Source: an uncultured bacterium
Lineage (GTDB): Bacteria; Acidobacteriota; Thermoanaerobaculia; Multivoradales; JAHZIX01
Assembly (NCBI GenBank): GCA_965368975.1
Contig: CBDUPA010000003.1
Span: 32,001 to 96,000 of the forward strand
Length of the DNA stretch: 64,000 nucleotides
Reading direction: 5' to 3'
This document shows, one piece after another, positions 9,465 through 18,634 of this stretch; the stretch's first letter is position 1, and every line of letters starts with the position of its first letter. The translations under genes were made by a program, and so were the position numbers. The notes below the pieces were generated by a model that was not told the DNA's origin, did not search any database, and saw only the letters and a program-made list of their open reading frames with translations.

Positions 9465-10765
9465 GTAACCACCTCGCGATCGCCACTGTCAGCGCGACGC
9501 TCGCCGCACTCGTGCGCGCCGCCGCCGAGGAGGCGCTGCCAGCCGTCGGCATGGACGTTGCCACCGTCCGTCCGGATGTGCTGAATCCTCAAGGGGATCA
9601 GGCGGCGGTCAGCGTCTACTTGGTGCACAGCCAGCCGAACGCGGCGCTGCGCAACATGGAGCTGCCGGTGCGTGCCGGTGACGGGCGCTTGGCACAGCGT
9701 CCGATCCTGGCGCTCGACCTGCACTACCTCCTGACCTTCCTGGGCGACGAGCGTCGCCAGCATCCCGAGATCCTGCTCGGCGCGGTCGCCTCGATCCTGC
9801 ACCGGCGACCCTTGCTCGATCGCCAGCAGATTCGCGACGTGGTCGGTGCGCTGATCCAACTCGCCGGCTCGGATCTCGACGCGCAGGTGGAGCGCGTGCG
9901 CTTCACGCCACTGCCGCTGGGCCTCGAAGAGATGTCACGCCTGTGGTCGCGCTTCAGCCAGGGGCGCTACCGCCTCTCGGTCGGCTACCTGGCGTCCGTC
10001 GTGCTGATCGAGGGACCCGAGACGCCGCAGCCACGGCCGCCAGTGCGCCAGCGCAATCTCTATGCGGTGCAGCTGCGTCTGCCGGTGCTCGAGAGTGCGG
10101 ACAACGCCGCCGCCATTCCGGCGACCGGTGATCGACCGCTGCGTGCCGGTGACACCCTGGTGCTGCGCGGGCGCAACCTGCGGGCACCCGGGGTGCAAGT
10201 GCTGTTGGGCGACGTGATCGTCGAACCCGATGCCGCCGATGTCGATCCCGAGCGCATCCGCTTGCCGTTGGTCGAGCCACCGCTGCCGGTAGCAGAGCTG
10301 CGTGCCGGCGTTCAGGCGGTGCGCGTCCGTCAACCGCGCCAGCTTGGCACGCCTCCGACCGACCACGCGGGGCCGATGTCCAATGCCCTGCCGCTGGTCG
10401 TGCATCCGCGCCTGACCAACGTCCAGGTGCAAGGTCTCGCTGCCGACCCGGACGATGCTGCGCTGCGCCGCGCCGACCTGCGTCTGACCCTGGCGCCACG
10501 TGTCGGCAAGCGCCAACGCCTGGCGGTGCAGCTCTACGAGATGGGGGTGCCGCCCGGCCAGGTGCCCAGGTCGTACCGCTTCGAAGCTCCGTCGCGCGAC
10601 GTGCCGGCGGAGCCCGAGTCCGCCGCGACCCTCGACGTGCCGGTGCGCGCCGTCGAGCCCGGGCAATACGCGTTGCAAGTCGAGGTCGACGGCGCCGCCA
10701 GCCTGCTGCAACCCGAGGACGCCGCAGGCCCGGTCACCGGCCCGGCGGTCGCCCTGCAGCCCTGA
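9461..10765 (+). CDS. DUF4255 (Afp16/Pvc16-like cap/terminator) with C-terminal Ig/IPT-like extension
   Basis: MSNHLAIATVSATL, PNAALRN, LALDLHYLLT, YRLSVGYLASVVLIE; downstream GDTLVLRGRNL beta-rich region. Confidence 0.85.
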   Translation: MSNHLAIATVSATLAALVRAAAEEALPAVGMDVATVRPDVLNPQGDQAAVSVYLVHSQPNAALRNMELPVRAGDGRLAQRPILALDLHYLLTFLGDERRQHPEILLGAVASILHRRPLLDRQQIRDVVGALIQLAGSDLDAQVERVRFTPLPLGLEEMSRLWSRFSQGRYRLSVGYLASVVLIEGPETPQPRPPVRQRNLYAVQLRLPVLESADNAAAIPATGDRPLRAGDTLVLRGRNLRAPGVQVLLGDVIVEPDAADVDPERIRLPLVEPPLPVAELRAGVQAVRVRQPRQLGTPPTDHAGPMSNALPLVVHPRLTNVQVQGLAADPDDAALRRADLRLTLAPRVGKRQRLAVQLYEMGVPPGQVPRSYRFEAPSRDVPAEPESAATLDVPVRAVEPGQYALQVEVDGAASLLQPEDAAGPVTGPAVALQP

Positions 10766-10790
10766 GTGTCCAACGAGATCAGGAGTCGAA

Positions 10791-12968
10791 GTGAACGATC
10801 ATCCAGCTACCGACGAACGTGCTCGACGAGTGCATGACGAGGTGCCGCCACGTCCCTCGCAGAGCACGATACCGGACGCGGTGGCGGATTGGGGCGACGC
10901 CTGGCTAGATTTCAATCGTACCTATTTGCTCGCCGCGCTGGCCGAAGTGCGCCAGGCGCTCGACTTGTCTGCTGAGACCGGCCGGGGCGAGGAATCGTTG
11001 GAAGGGGGCTCGGATTCCTGGGCCGCCGACTCCTGGGCCGCCGACGGTGACGCTCTCGGTGTGCCACCGGCGCTGGAGCAGCTGTGTCTCAGCCTCGGTC
11101 TGTCGCACTTCGAACGCGCCGTGATCCTGCTGTGTGCCGGCGTCGAACTGGACAGTGCCTTCGCGGCCATCGAGCCGACGTTCGGTCTGGCGCTGGCAGC
11201 CCTGCCCGAAGCGCACTGGTCGGCGCTGGCGCCGCAGGCACCCTTGCGGCGCCTGCGACTGCTGCGGCTCGATGTCGCCCTCGGCGCCAGCGATGGCGTG
11301 CTCACCCAGGCCCCCCTGCGCCTCGACGAACGCATCCTGCACTTCCTGGTCGGCCTCGATGTGCCCGACGAACGCCTGGTGTCGAAACTGGAGCCGTTGC
11401 CGCAACCCCCGCCGCTGCCCGAGCCGTGGCAGAAGCTGGTGCACGAGGTCGCCCTGGCGCTGTCTCGGGCCGAGGGCCGGTCCATCGGAGACTCCGCCGG
11501 AGACGCCGCTGGAGACGCAGGCAGCGAAGAGGTAAGCCGCGGCCTGCAGCTGTGCGGTGGCGATGCGACGTCGCGCGCCGAGATCGCTGCATCCGCGGCG
11601 CAGCAGCTAGGTATCGACCTGCTGCGTCTGTCGGCGACTCTGCTGCCGGCACCGGGGGTGGAACTTGACGACCTGCTGCACCGGCTGCAGCGCGAAGCCC
11701 TGATCGCTGGTCGCGGCGTGCTGCTCGATCTCGAGGACGCGGGCGCGCAGGCCGATGCACAGCGCGTCGCGGCGGTCGACCGCCTGATCGCCGGCCTCGG
11801 CGGTGCCTTGCTGCTGAGCGGCACGGACCGGCACCGAGGAACCCGACCGGTTGCCGTGTTCGACGTACCGACTCTGTCGACCCGCGAGCAAGCTGACCTG
11901 TGGCGCGGTGCTCTGTCGACAAATGGCACTGTCGATTCACCGAGGACTAGCTTTGACTCGGGGAATACCAACCTCGACGACCGCGACCTGCTACGCTTGG
12001 CGTCCCAGTTCCGGCTCGGTGCCAGCGTCGTGCGGGCCACCGCCGCCGAAGTCTCGACCGCCACGGGCGACGACCCTGCTGTAAGCGCCCAGCGCCTTTG
12101 GGACGTCTGCCGCCGGCAGGCGCGACCGAAGCTGGACGGTCTGGCCCGTCGCATCGAGCCGCGTGCGTCGTGGCAGGACCTGGTGCTGCCCGAAGATGCC
12201 CTCGCCGACCTGCGCGAGGTCGCGACCCAGGCGCGCTGCCGTCACCAGGTGCACGACGTTTGGGGCTGGCAAGGCAAGAGCGCGCGCGGCCTCGGTCTCA
12301 CAGCCCTGTTCACCGGTGCCAGCGGCACCGGCAAGACCTTGGCCGCCGAGATTCTGGCCGCCGACCTCGGCCTCGACCTCTACCACATCGACCTGGCGGC
12401 GGTGATCAGCAAGTACATCGGTGAGACTGAGAAGAACCTGGAACGCGTCTTCGACGCCGCCGAGGCTGGTGGCGCGGTGCTCTTGTTCGACGAGGCCGAC
12501 GCCCTGTTCGGCAAGCGCTCCGAGGTCAAAGACAGTCACGATCGCTACGCCAACATCGAAGTCAGCTACCTTTTGCAGCGCATGGAAGCCTACCGTGGTC
12601 TGGCGCTGCTGACCTCGAACCTCAAGAGCGCGCTCGACCCCGCCTTCCTGCGCCGCCTGCGCTTCGTCATCGAGTTCCCCTTCCCAGACGCCGCAGGCCG
12701 CGCCGAGATCTGGCGCCGCACCTTCCCGGCCGCCACGCCCACCGCCGACCTCGACCCCGAGCGCCTGGCGCGCCTGCATCTGCCGGGGGGCCACATCCGC
12801 AACATCGCCCTGCGCGCCGCCTTCCTGGCGGCCGAGAGAGAGCAACCCGTGACCATGGATCTGCTCGCCCTCGCAGCGCGCCGCGAGTGCGCCAAGCTGG
12901 AGCTGCCGCTCACCGAAGCGCAACTGCGGGGTTGGACGCGAGAAACCCGCAGCGGAGGAGTGTCGTGA
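10791..12968 (+). CDS. AAA+ ATPase (Afp15/Pvc15-like)
   Basis: Walker A GASGTGKT, SKYIGETEKNL, Walker B LLFDEADALFGKRSEVKDSHDRYAN. Start reassigned to GTG 10791 after AGGAG. Confidence 0.93.
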   Translation: MNDHPATDERARRVHDEVPPRPSQSTIPDAVADWGDAWLDFNRTYLLAALAEVRQALDLSAETGRGEESLEGGSDSWAADSWAADGDALGVPPALEQLCLSLGLSHFERAVILLCAGVELDSAFAAIEPTFGLALAALPEAHWSALAPQAPLRRLRLLRLDVALGASDGVLTQAPLRLDERILHFLVGLDVPDERLVSKLEPLPQPPPLPEPWQKLVHEVALALSRAEGRSIGDSAGDAAGDAGSEEVSRGLQLCGGDATSRAEIAASAAQQLGIDLLRLSATLLPAPGVELDDLLHRLQREALIAGRGVLLDLEDAGAQADAQRVAAVDRLIAGLGGALLLSGTDRHRGTRPVAVFDVPTLSTREQADLWRGALSTNGTVDSPRTSFDSGNTNLDDRDLLRLASQFRLGASVVRATAAEVSTATGDDPAVSAQRLWDVCRRQARPKLDGLARRIEPRASWQDLVLPEDALADLREVATQARCRHQVHDVWGWQGKSARGLGLTALFTGASGTGKTLAAEILAADLGLDLYHIDLAAVISKYIGETEKNLERVFDAAEAGGAVLLFDEADALFGKRSEVKDSHDRYANIEVSYLLQRMEAYRGLALLTSNLKSALDPAFLRRLRFVIEFPFPDAAGRAEIWRRTFPAATPTADLDPERLARLHLPGGHIRNIALRAAFLAAEREQPVTMDLLALAARRECAKLELPLTEAQLRGWTRETRSGGVS

Positions 12969-13261
12969 TGCGGATTGAAGTCGAGATCGACGAGCTGATC
13001 CTGGAAGATGTCTCGCCAGCCGAGCGGTTGCGTGTGGCGCAGGCGCTGGAGACCGAGCTGGAGCACTTGCTGGCGGCCGGAGCGTGGAGCGGTCCGCCAG
13101 AGCAGGGCAGCCTGGATGTCGCATTTCTGGACGGCGGGATGATCGAGGCCGGCTCGCGGCAGATCGCTTCTGCACCGCGACATCTCGGCGAGCAGGTGGC
13201 ACGTACGCTGCATATGGGCATGATGTCGAAGCTGCCGGCGGCGCCTGAGGTCGATTCATGA
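12968..13261 (+). CDS. Small eCIS-associated hypothetical protein
   Basis: TGATG overlap with the ATPase. MRIEVEIDELILE...LGEQVARTLH pattern. Confidence 0.7.
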   Translation: MRIEVEIDELILEDVSPAERLRVAQALETELEHLLAAGAWSGPPEQGSLDVAFLDGGMIEAGSRQIASAPRHLGEQVARTLHMGMMSKLPAAPEVDS

Positions 13262-15723
13262 GGACCCCGCTACCGGCACCGGTGTCCGAGGACGCGGGCC
13301 TGGCGGCGCCCGTGCAGGTGCACCGGGAGCTGAACCGCGCCGGCCGGCCGCTGGAGGCGCCTGTACGCGGGTGGATGCAAGACCGCTTCGCGCTCGACTT
13401 CAGCCGCATTCGGATTCATGACGACGACGGCGCTGCCAGCTCGGCGCGCGCCGTCGGAGCGCACGCCTACACAGTCGGGCACCACATCGTCTTCGGGGCC
13501 GGTCAGTTCCGGCCGCACTCGCCCCAGGGACTGCGGCTGCTAGCGCACGAGCTGACGCATGTCGCACAGCAAAGCGCGGGAGGCGCCGCGGTGCAGGCGT
13601 TCGCCGATGAAGGTGCCCGCACGCTGAGCGTCGAGCCGGTGGATGCACCGGCCGAGCGACAGGCGGAGGCCGCGGCTGACCTGGCGGTTCGCGGTTTGCC
13701 GGTTTCTGCCTCTCTGCTACGCCTGCCGAGCCCGAAGCGCCTGTGCCTACAGCGGCACTGCAACTTGGCGCCGTGTCCGACCGGTCCCCGAGTGTCGGTG
13801 CCGTCGAGTTCCGGGATCGGTTCCTCGGCAGGCAAATGGGTCGGGTTGCAGTACCTCGGTGCTCATCCGGTCTCTTCCTACGTCGCCATCGACCACTGGA
13901 TCTACAGTGGTAGCGGTGGCCCCAAAGATATGAACCTCAGTGGCCTCGGACCCAGTGCGACGACCAAGCTCGGACAGGACATCGATCCGCCGGTCTTTGC
14001 CGCGATGCTGGCCAACAGCGGACGCTTGAACCGGGCCGATATCCTCGACTCGGACCGTGATCACGTCTACGAGGTCAAGCCGCGGCGTGGCGCGGGCAGC
14101 GGTGGTTCTCAGCTTCAGGGGTATCTGAATCAACTGCGGAGTGTGGCGCCCAACGCCCCTGCTTGGATGGGAGGTCGACCGCGGGCCTGGGCACCTGGCC
14201 CATGGGCGCCGAATCTAGAGCCGCTGGTCGTGCCCTCCGGGGATCCGCAGCTGCATGATTGCCACGTCTGCGTCGAACAGGATCCGAGCCAGCCCGGCGT
14301 GCTGGTCTACGACATCTTGTGCTGCCCCACCGGCGGCCTGCCGGTGCCGATTACGGTGCCGGGGGACCGGCCGGACACCGGAGACGAGAAGGATCGGGTG
14401 CTACACCGGGACTCGACGTTCGAGCAGGGGCTGGCCCTTGCTTTCGTCATGGGCATGGCAGCCTTGATGGCTCGCTTCGCGAGCCGGCGTGGGGCCATGT
14501 TCTTGTTGGGTCGCCTGGCCCTGCCCTTGGGTCTGATCCTATTGGTGACTGACCTGGCGCAAGCCGCAGACAAGCTGTCGCGCGGCGCCCAGTTCGGCTT
14601 CCAGGGGGCCGAAGACATTCCGAAGGGGATGGAGGGAATCGACGGTGACTTCATGATGCCCGAGGGCATCAGCCAGGAAGAAATTCAGCGGTTGGCGACA
14701 CGTGAGTTTCCGCCAGCGGTGCTGGCGGCCGTCAGCGGCGACAAGGCGTTGCAAGAGTTCTTGTGGCGCGTCGGTCGCCAGCGCGGCCATGCGGGCGGCC
14801 AGCCAATGAGTGCCGAAGAGCTGCGGGCTCTATCGGCGCTGCTGCAGCAGTCTGATCCGCGGAGTGTGCAACTGTTGCAGGACTTCTTGGCTGCCGGTGA
14901 TCCGAAGATGCAGCAAGCTGCTGGGGTGCTGCGGCAAACCCGTGCCGCGGCTGGCCCCGGCGGGCCCTCGAGCCAGGGGCCAGTGATCCAGGGGCCAGTG
15001 ACCCAGGGGCCAGCAGCACAGGGGCCTGGCAAAGGCCCTTCCCAGGGGCCGCCGCTACCCGACGGTGTGGTGTCGCTGGGAACGGGAACGCCGGGTGGCA
15101 CTTCATCGGTTGGCGTGCTGGGTAGGACGGGTCTGGGGCCCGGCGGCACTGGTATCGGCACTGGCACTGGCACTGGCACTGGCACTGGCAGCGGCGGTGG
15201 CGGCAGTAAGGTACCAGCTGGACCCTCGGCCAAGCCCGCTGGCGGCAGTCCGACGGGCAGTGCGACGGGTTCACCGGCTGCCGCCGGTCCCAGCAAGCCG
15301 AAGAGCGGCGGGGCTCCGGGCGTCGCGGCTGGCGGCGAGCGCATTCGCTTGCCCGGCTTGGCCGGTATCAGCGGCGTCGAGTCGGTAACGCAGATCCCGG
15401 CCGAAGAGATGAAGATCCGCAGCTTCGCGTTGCTGGCCGGACTGGAGGAGCATCGTCTCTACGGGCCCGGTCAGCAGGTCTACATCACCATCCGCGTCGA
15501 AGCCGACGGAGAGACCCACGATATCGGCATTCCGATCCTGGTCGATCGCCGCGGCCAGTGGTGGCAGGGCGGAGAACGGATCACCGAAGTCAAGGGGCGG
15601 GTGAAGGGGCACTGGCGCGTCCTGAATACCGGTCGCTACCTGCCGGCCGGTGCGCCCATCTCGTACACCTGGCGCTACCGGCCAACGGAGTCTGACTCAG
15701 TGTCCCCAGGCGGTGAACCATGA
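13258..15723 (+). CDS. DUF4157 protein with PD-(D/E)xK-like nuclease domain, hydrophobic segment and G/T/P-rich linker (putative effector)
   Basis: DFSRIRIH...AHAYTVGHHIVFG...LLAHELTHVAQQ; RADILD...VYEVKP...QLQGY; hydrophobic GLALAFVMGMAALMA...LALPLGLILLV. Confidence 0.8.
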   Translation: MRTPLPAPVSEDAGLAAPVQVHRELNRAGRPLEAPVRGWMQDRFALDFSRIRIHDDDGAASSARAVGAHAYTVGHHIVFGAGQFRPHSPQGLRLLAHELTHVAQQSAGGAAVQAFADEGARTLSVEPVDAPAERQAEAAADLAVRGLPVSASLLRLPSPKRLCLQRHCNLAPCPTGPRVSVPSSSGIGSSAGKWVGLQYLGAHPVSSYVAIDHWIYSGSGGPKDMNLSGLGPSATTKLGQDIDPPVFAAMLANSGRLNRADILDSDRDHVYEVKPRRGAGSGGSQLQGYLNQLRSVAPNAPAWMGGRPRAWAPGPWAPNLEPLVVPSGDPQLHDCHVCVEQDPSQPGVLVYDILCCPTGGLPVPITVPGDRPDTGDEKDRVLHRDSTFEQGLALAFVMGMAALMARFASRRGAMFLLGRLALPLGLILLVTDLAQAADKLSRGAQFGFQGAEDIPKGMEGIDGDFMMPEGISQEEIQRLATREFPPAVLAAVSGDKALQEFLWRVGRQRGHAGGQPMSAEELRALSALLQQSDPRSVQLLQDFLAAGDPKMQQAAGVLRQTRAAAGPGGPSSQGPVIQGPVTQGPAAQGPGKGPSQGPPLPDGVVSLGTGTPGGTSSVGVLGRTGLGPGGTGIGTGTGTGTGTGSGGGGSKVPAGPSAKPAGGSPTGSATGSPAAAGPSKPKSGGAPGVAAGGERIRLPGLAGISGVESVTQIPAEEMKIRSFALLAGLEEHRLYGPGQQVYITIRVEADGETHDIGIPILVDRRGQWWQGGERITEVKGRVKGHWRVLNTGRYLPAGAPISYTWRYRPTESDSVSPGGEP
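15145..15192 (+). repeat. GGCACT hexamer repeat (Gly-Thr linker)
   Basis: Five perfect copies plus flanking variants. Confidence 0.85.
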
Positions 15724-15726
15724 GCT
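15705..15726 (+). repeat. Junction repeat copy 1 (CCCAGGCGGTGAACCATGAGCT)
   Basis: 21/22 identical to 17093-17114; spans the RBS and the stop/start overlap. Confidence 0.8.
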
Positions 15727-17111
15727 ACATCCGCCAGGATCAGGGGCAGCGGCACGCGACACCTGGGCAAGCACCGCCACAGGTGCACCAGGAACTGCGG
15801 CGGCCGGGTCGACCGCTCGACGACGGCACCCGCGCTGCGATGGAGGAGCGTTTTCAGCATGATCTGCGCCATGTACGCATCCACTCCGACGACACCGCCA
15901 GTGCCTCGGTCGCGGCGGTGCGTGCCAATGCTTACACGGTGGGCCGGCACATCGTCTTTGGCGCCGGCCGCTACGCTCCGGCGCAGCCCGAAGGCCGGCG
16001 GCTACTGGCCCATGAGCTGACGCACGTGCTGCAACAGGCTCCATCCTGGGGTCATGGCGCCGAGGTACCTTCTGGCCCTATCCCCTTCGCCAACCGTCAC
16101 GACCCGGCAGAACGCGAGGCACAGCGAGTGGAGCAGCTGACCGGTGCTGCCTTGAGCGGTGCTGCCGTGACCGGAGCTGCCGCGACCGGCATCTTGCCAC
16201 GCATCGCGACACCTCAGTTGCAGCGTCAGGAGCCACCTCGTCGGGACGTCGAGAAGCGCAAGGCCGCGACCGCCGACCAGGGCGCGGCTGTGTTCCGGAT
16301 TCGCGAGGATGGCCGGCTGGAACTGGTATTGCAAGCACCTGGACTGCCGGTCGGGGTGGGTGTGCGCTACGACGATGAGGGTCTGGATGCGGCTTTCGGC
16401 TATCACCTGACTGAGATGCTGGACCTGGACGAACTGCTCTGGTTGCCACCGGACGAGCGCGGGCTCAAGAGCACGTACTCAGTGGATGAAGCGGAGCGCT
16501 TGATCGACGAGGCACAGCAGCCGGACCTGCCAGAGCCACCCCTGATCAAGGCGACGTTGTGCGGCGAGGGCTCGATCCTCTGGGGCCTCCACTGCGTGCC
16601 GATCGAATCGATTCGCCTGCCCAGGCCGCGGGCGGCGACTCGAGGGCTCCGCCTCGAGCTGCCTGACTTGCGCCTGCGCTCCTCGCTGGACAGTTTTTCG
16701 GCGCCCCTGGACGGCTTCGCCTTCGACAAGTCGGAACTCAAGGCTCATCATCGCGCGATGCTGCCGGTGCTGGCCAGCGAACTCAAGCGGCGACTGGCGC
16801 GCCATCCGCGGGGAACGGTCGAGGTCGTGGGGCACACGGATGCCGTGGGCAAGCGGCGCTACAACCAGGGTCTGGGCAAGCGCCGAGCGGAGGTGGTGGC
16901 GCAGGAACTGATGCGGCTGGGCGTGCCGGCGGAGAGCCTCGAGACGCTGAGCGACGGCGAGGATCGGCTGCGCGTCGACTCGCCTCGCAGGCAGCCGCGA
17001 AACCGGCGCGTCGAGGTGCGCTTCCGCACCCGTATGCTACCCGGTAGGTCAGGATCCCTCTTGCGTCGTTTCCGCTTCGGCACCTTGTCCAACCCAGGAG
17101 GTGAACCATGA
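15720..17111 (+). CDS. DUF4157 protein with C-terminal OmpA-like peptidoglycan-binding domain
   Basis: LLAHELTHVLQQ; FAFDKSEL...VGHTDAVG...NQGLGKRRAEVV...NRRVEV. Confidence 0.88.
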   Translation: MSYIRQDQGQRHATPGQAPPQVHQELRRPGRPLDDGTRAAMEERFQHDLRHVRIHSDDTASASVAAVRANAYTVGRHIVFGAGRYAPAQPEGRRLLAHELTHVLQQAPSWGHGAEVPSGPIPFANRHDPAEREAQRVEQLTGAALSGAAVTGAAATGILPRIATPQLQRQEPPRRDVEKRKAATADQGAAVFRIREDGRLELVLQAPGLPVGVGVRYDDEGLDAAFGYHLTEMLDLDELLWLPPDERGLKSTYSVDEAERLIDEAQQPDLPEPPLIKATLCGEGSILWGLHCVPIESIRLPRPRAATRGLRLELPDLRLRSSLDSFSAPLDGFAFDKSELKAHHRAMLPVLASELKRRLARHPRGTVEVVGHTDAVGKRRYNQGLGKRRAEVVAQELMRLGVPAESLETLSDGEDRLRVDSPRRQPRNRRVEVRFRTRMLPGRSGSLLRRFRFGTLSNPGGEP

Positions 17112-17114
17112 GCT
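17093..17114 (+). repeat. Junction repeat copy 2 (CCCAGGAGGTGAACCATGAGCT)
   Basis: Matches 15705-15726. A degenerate third copy, AGGAGGTACACCGTGAGCTTCGC, lies at 18619-18641. Confidence 0.8.
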
Positions 17115-18634
17115 TCGCACCTCCAGACCGCGATCCGCGGCAAGCTCCGCACCAGCAAGCTGTCTTGCAGCGACCTGTCTTGCAACGGCAGTGCGCGTGT
17201 GGCGGCACGTGCCCTGCCTGCCGGCGCAAGAAGCAGTTGCAGCGGGAGGCGGCGACATCGCGCGATCGTGGCAATGCGGGCCCAGACCTCGCTCCGCCGT
17301 CGGTACATCAAGAGTTGGGTCGTTCTGGCCAGCCGCTCGACGACGCCACGCGCACGGCCATGGAGGGACGCTTCCGGCACGACTTCCGGAACGTCCGCGT
17401 CCACGCTGATCATCGTGCCGGCGACTCCGCCGACGCGGTCGAGGCCCATGCCTACACCGTCGGCCGTCACATCGTCTTCGGCCGCGGCCGCTACACGCCC
17501 GCTAGCGCCGAGGGTCGCAAGCTACTGGCCCATGAGCTGACGCACGTGGTGCAACAAGGCGGTGGCGAAGCGCCGTCCGGCCAGCTGCCGATCGCTGGCG
17601 ACAGCAACACGGAGGAACGGCAGGCGCAGCGCAATGGCGAGCTTGCGGGACCGGTCGCCGCCGTCGCGGGTGGGCCGCGACTGCAGCGCAAGAAGCGGCG
17701 CGGCAAGAAGAAACCAAGAACCTACGGCGTCCGCTTCTCACCGCGTTCACAGATCAGTGCCGCGCAGATGCTCGAGATCATCCAGCGCAGCCCGACACTC
17801 GAGACCTGGATGCGCGACTCGTTCGCGGTCGATGGTAACCGCCTGGTGCTGGCGGGTGCGCGAATCAGGAAGGTCACCGGCAAGAAGCCCAGCCTGGACG
17901 TACCCCAAGGGGTCGACGTTCCTCCGTGGTTCGCCAATGTCCTCTTCGCCATGACCGCCAACGGTTGGTATGTCACCACAGCCGCCACTCTGCTGTCACA
18001 AGACAACCAGCTGGGTATGAAAGCGGACCTGGAGCCGGAGAGCCGGCACGTCAAGGGCATGCCGCCTCGGGAGGAGGGAATCTCAATGGGTTACACCTTC
18101 CAGGGTGCAAGCCGCAAGCAAGGCCGGCGGAAGAAGGGCGAGAGGCAGCCCGGTAGCTCCGTTGAAGCCGCGCCTCGCCGTCCGGACGAGGGGCTGATCG
18201 TGGTTTCCAACCGCCTACAGCAGGACCCAGACAGTCCGGCCATCGTCTTGAGAGCAGAGGAGCGAGTGCTGGAAACGCTCTTTCACGAACTCGCAGCCCA
18301 TGGGGAGTTGATCCGTCAAGGTCAGGATGCGGCCTCCGATCACACCAGTCCCGACTGGCGCATTGGCTTGGAACCCATGTCGGAGGCGGACAAAATTGCG
18401 AAGCAGGTCTACGACTACTTTGGAGGTCAGCGCGAGCAGCGAGAGGAGCAGAAGCGGATGGAATGCGCCGTCACGGCTGCCAATACCAGCATGGCTCCGA
18501 TCGCACCGGTGACGGATCTCGAGGGCGCCGCGGATCTGAGCCAGCGAATGGAACAACTCGGGCGATTCATCGACGTCTGCGGAGACTTGGTCTCCAGCCA
18601 GCAGGTGCGAAGGAAGCAAGGAGGTACACCGTGA
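17108..18634 (+). CDS. DUF4157 protein with N-terminal CxCGGxCxxC motif and C-terminal putative metallopeptidase domain
   Basis: LQRQCACGGTCPAC; LLAHELTHVVQQ; second motif LFHELAAHG in the C-terminal domain. Confidence 0.78.
   Translation: MSFAPPDRDPRQAPHQQAVLQRPVLQRQCACGGTCPACRRKKQLQREAATSRDRGNAGPDLAPPSVHQELGRSGQPLDDATRTAMEGRFRHDFRNVRVHADHRAGDSADAVEAHAYTVGRHIVFGRGRYTPASAEGRKLLAHELTHVVQQGGGEAPSGQLPIAGDSNTEERQAQRNGELAGPVAAVAGGPRLQRKKRRGKKKPRTYGVRFSPRSQISAAQMLEIIQRSPTLETWMRDSFAVDGNRLVLAGARIRKVTGKKPSLDVPQGVDVPPWFANVLFAMTANGWYVTTAATLLSQDNQLGMKADLEPESRHVKGMPPREEGISMGYTFQGASRKQGRRKKGERQPGSSVEAAPRRPDEGLIVVSNRLQQDPDSPAIVLRAEERVLETLFHELAAHGELIRQGQDAASDHTSPDWRIGLEPMSEADKIAKQVYDYFGGQREQREEQKRMECAVTAANTSMAPIAPVTDLEGAADLSQRMEQLGRFIDVCGDLVSSQQVRRKQGGTP

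Noticed and set aside
10500-10790. N-terminal extensions in the ORF track (ATPase from 10500; also 18463, 46204, 48455, 39947, 36774, 4659)
   Set aside because: They overlap upstream genes or promoters. Downstream starts have an RBS, a leaderless signature or family-typical N-termini.
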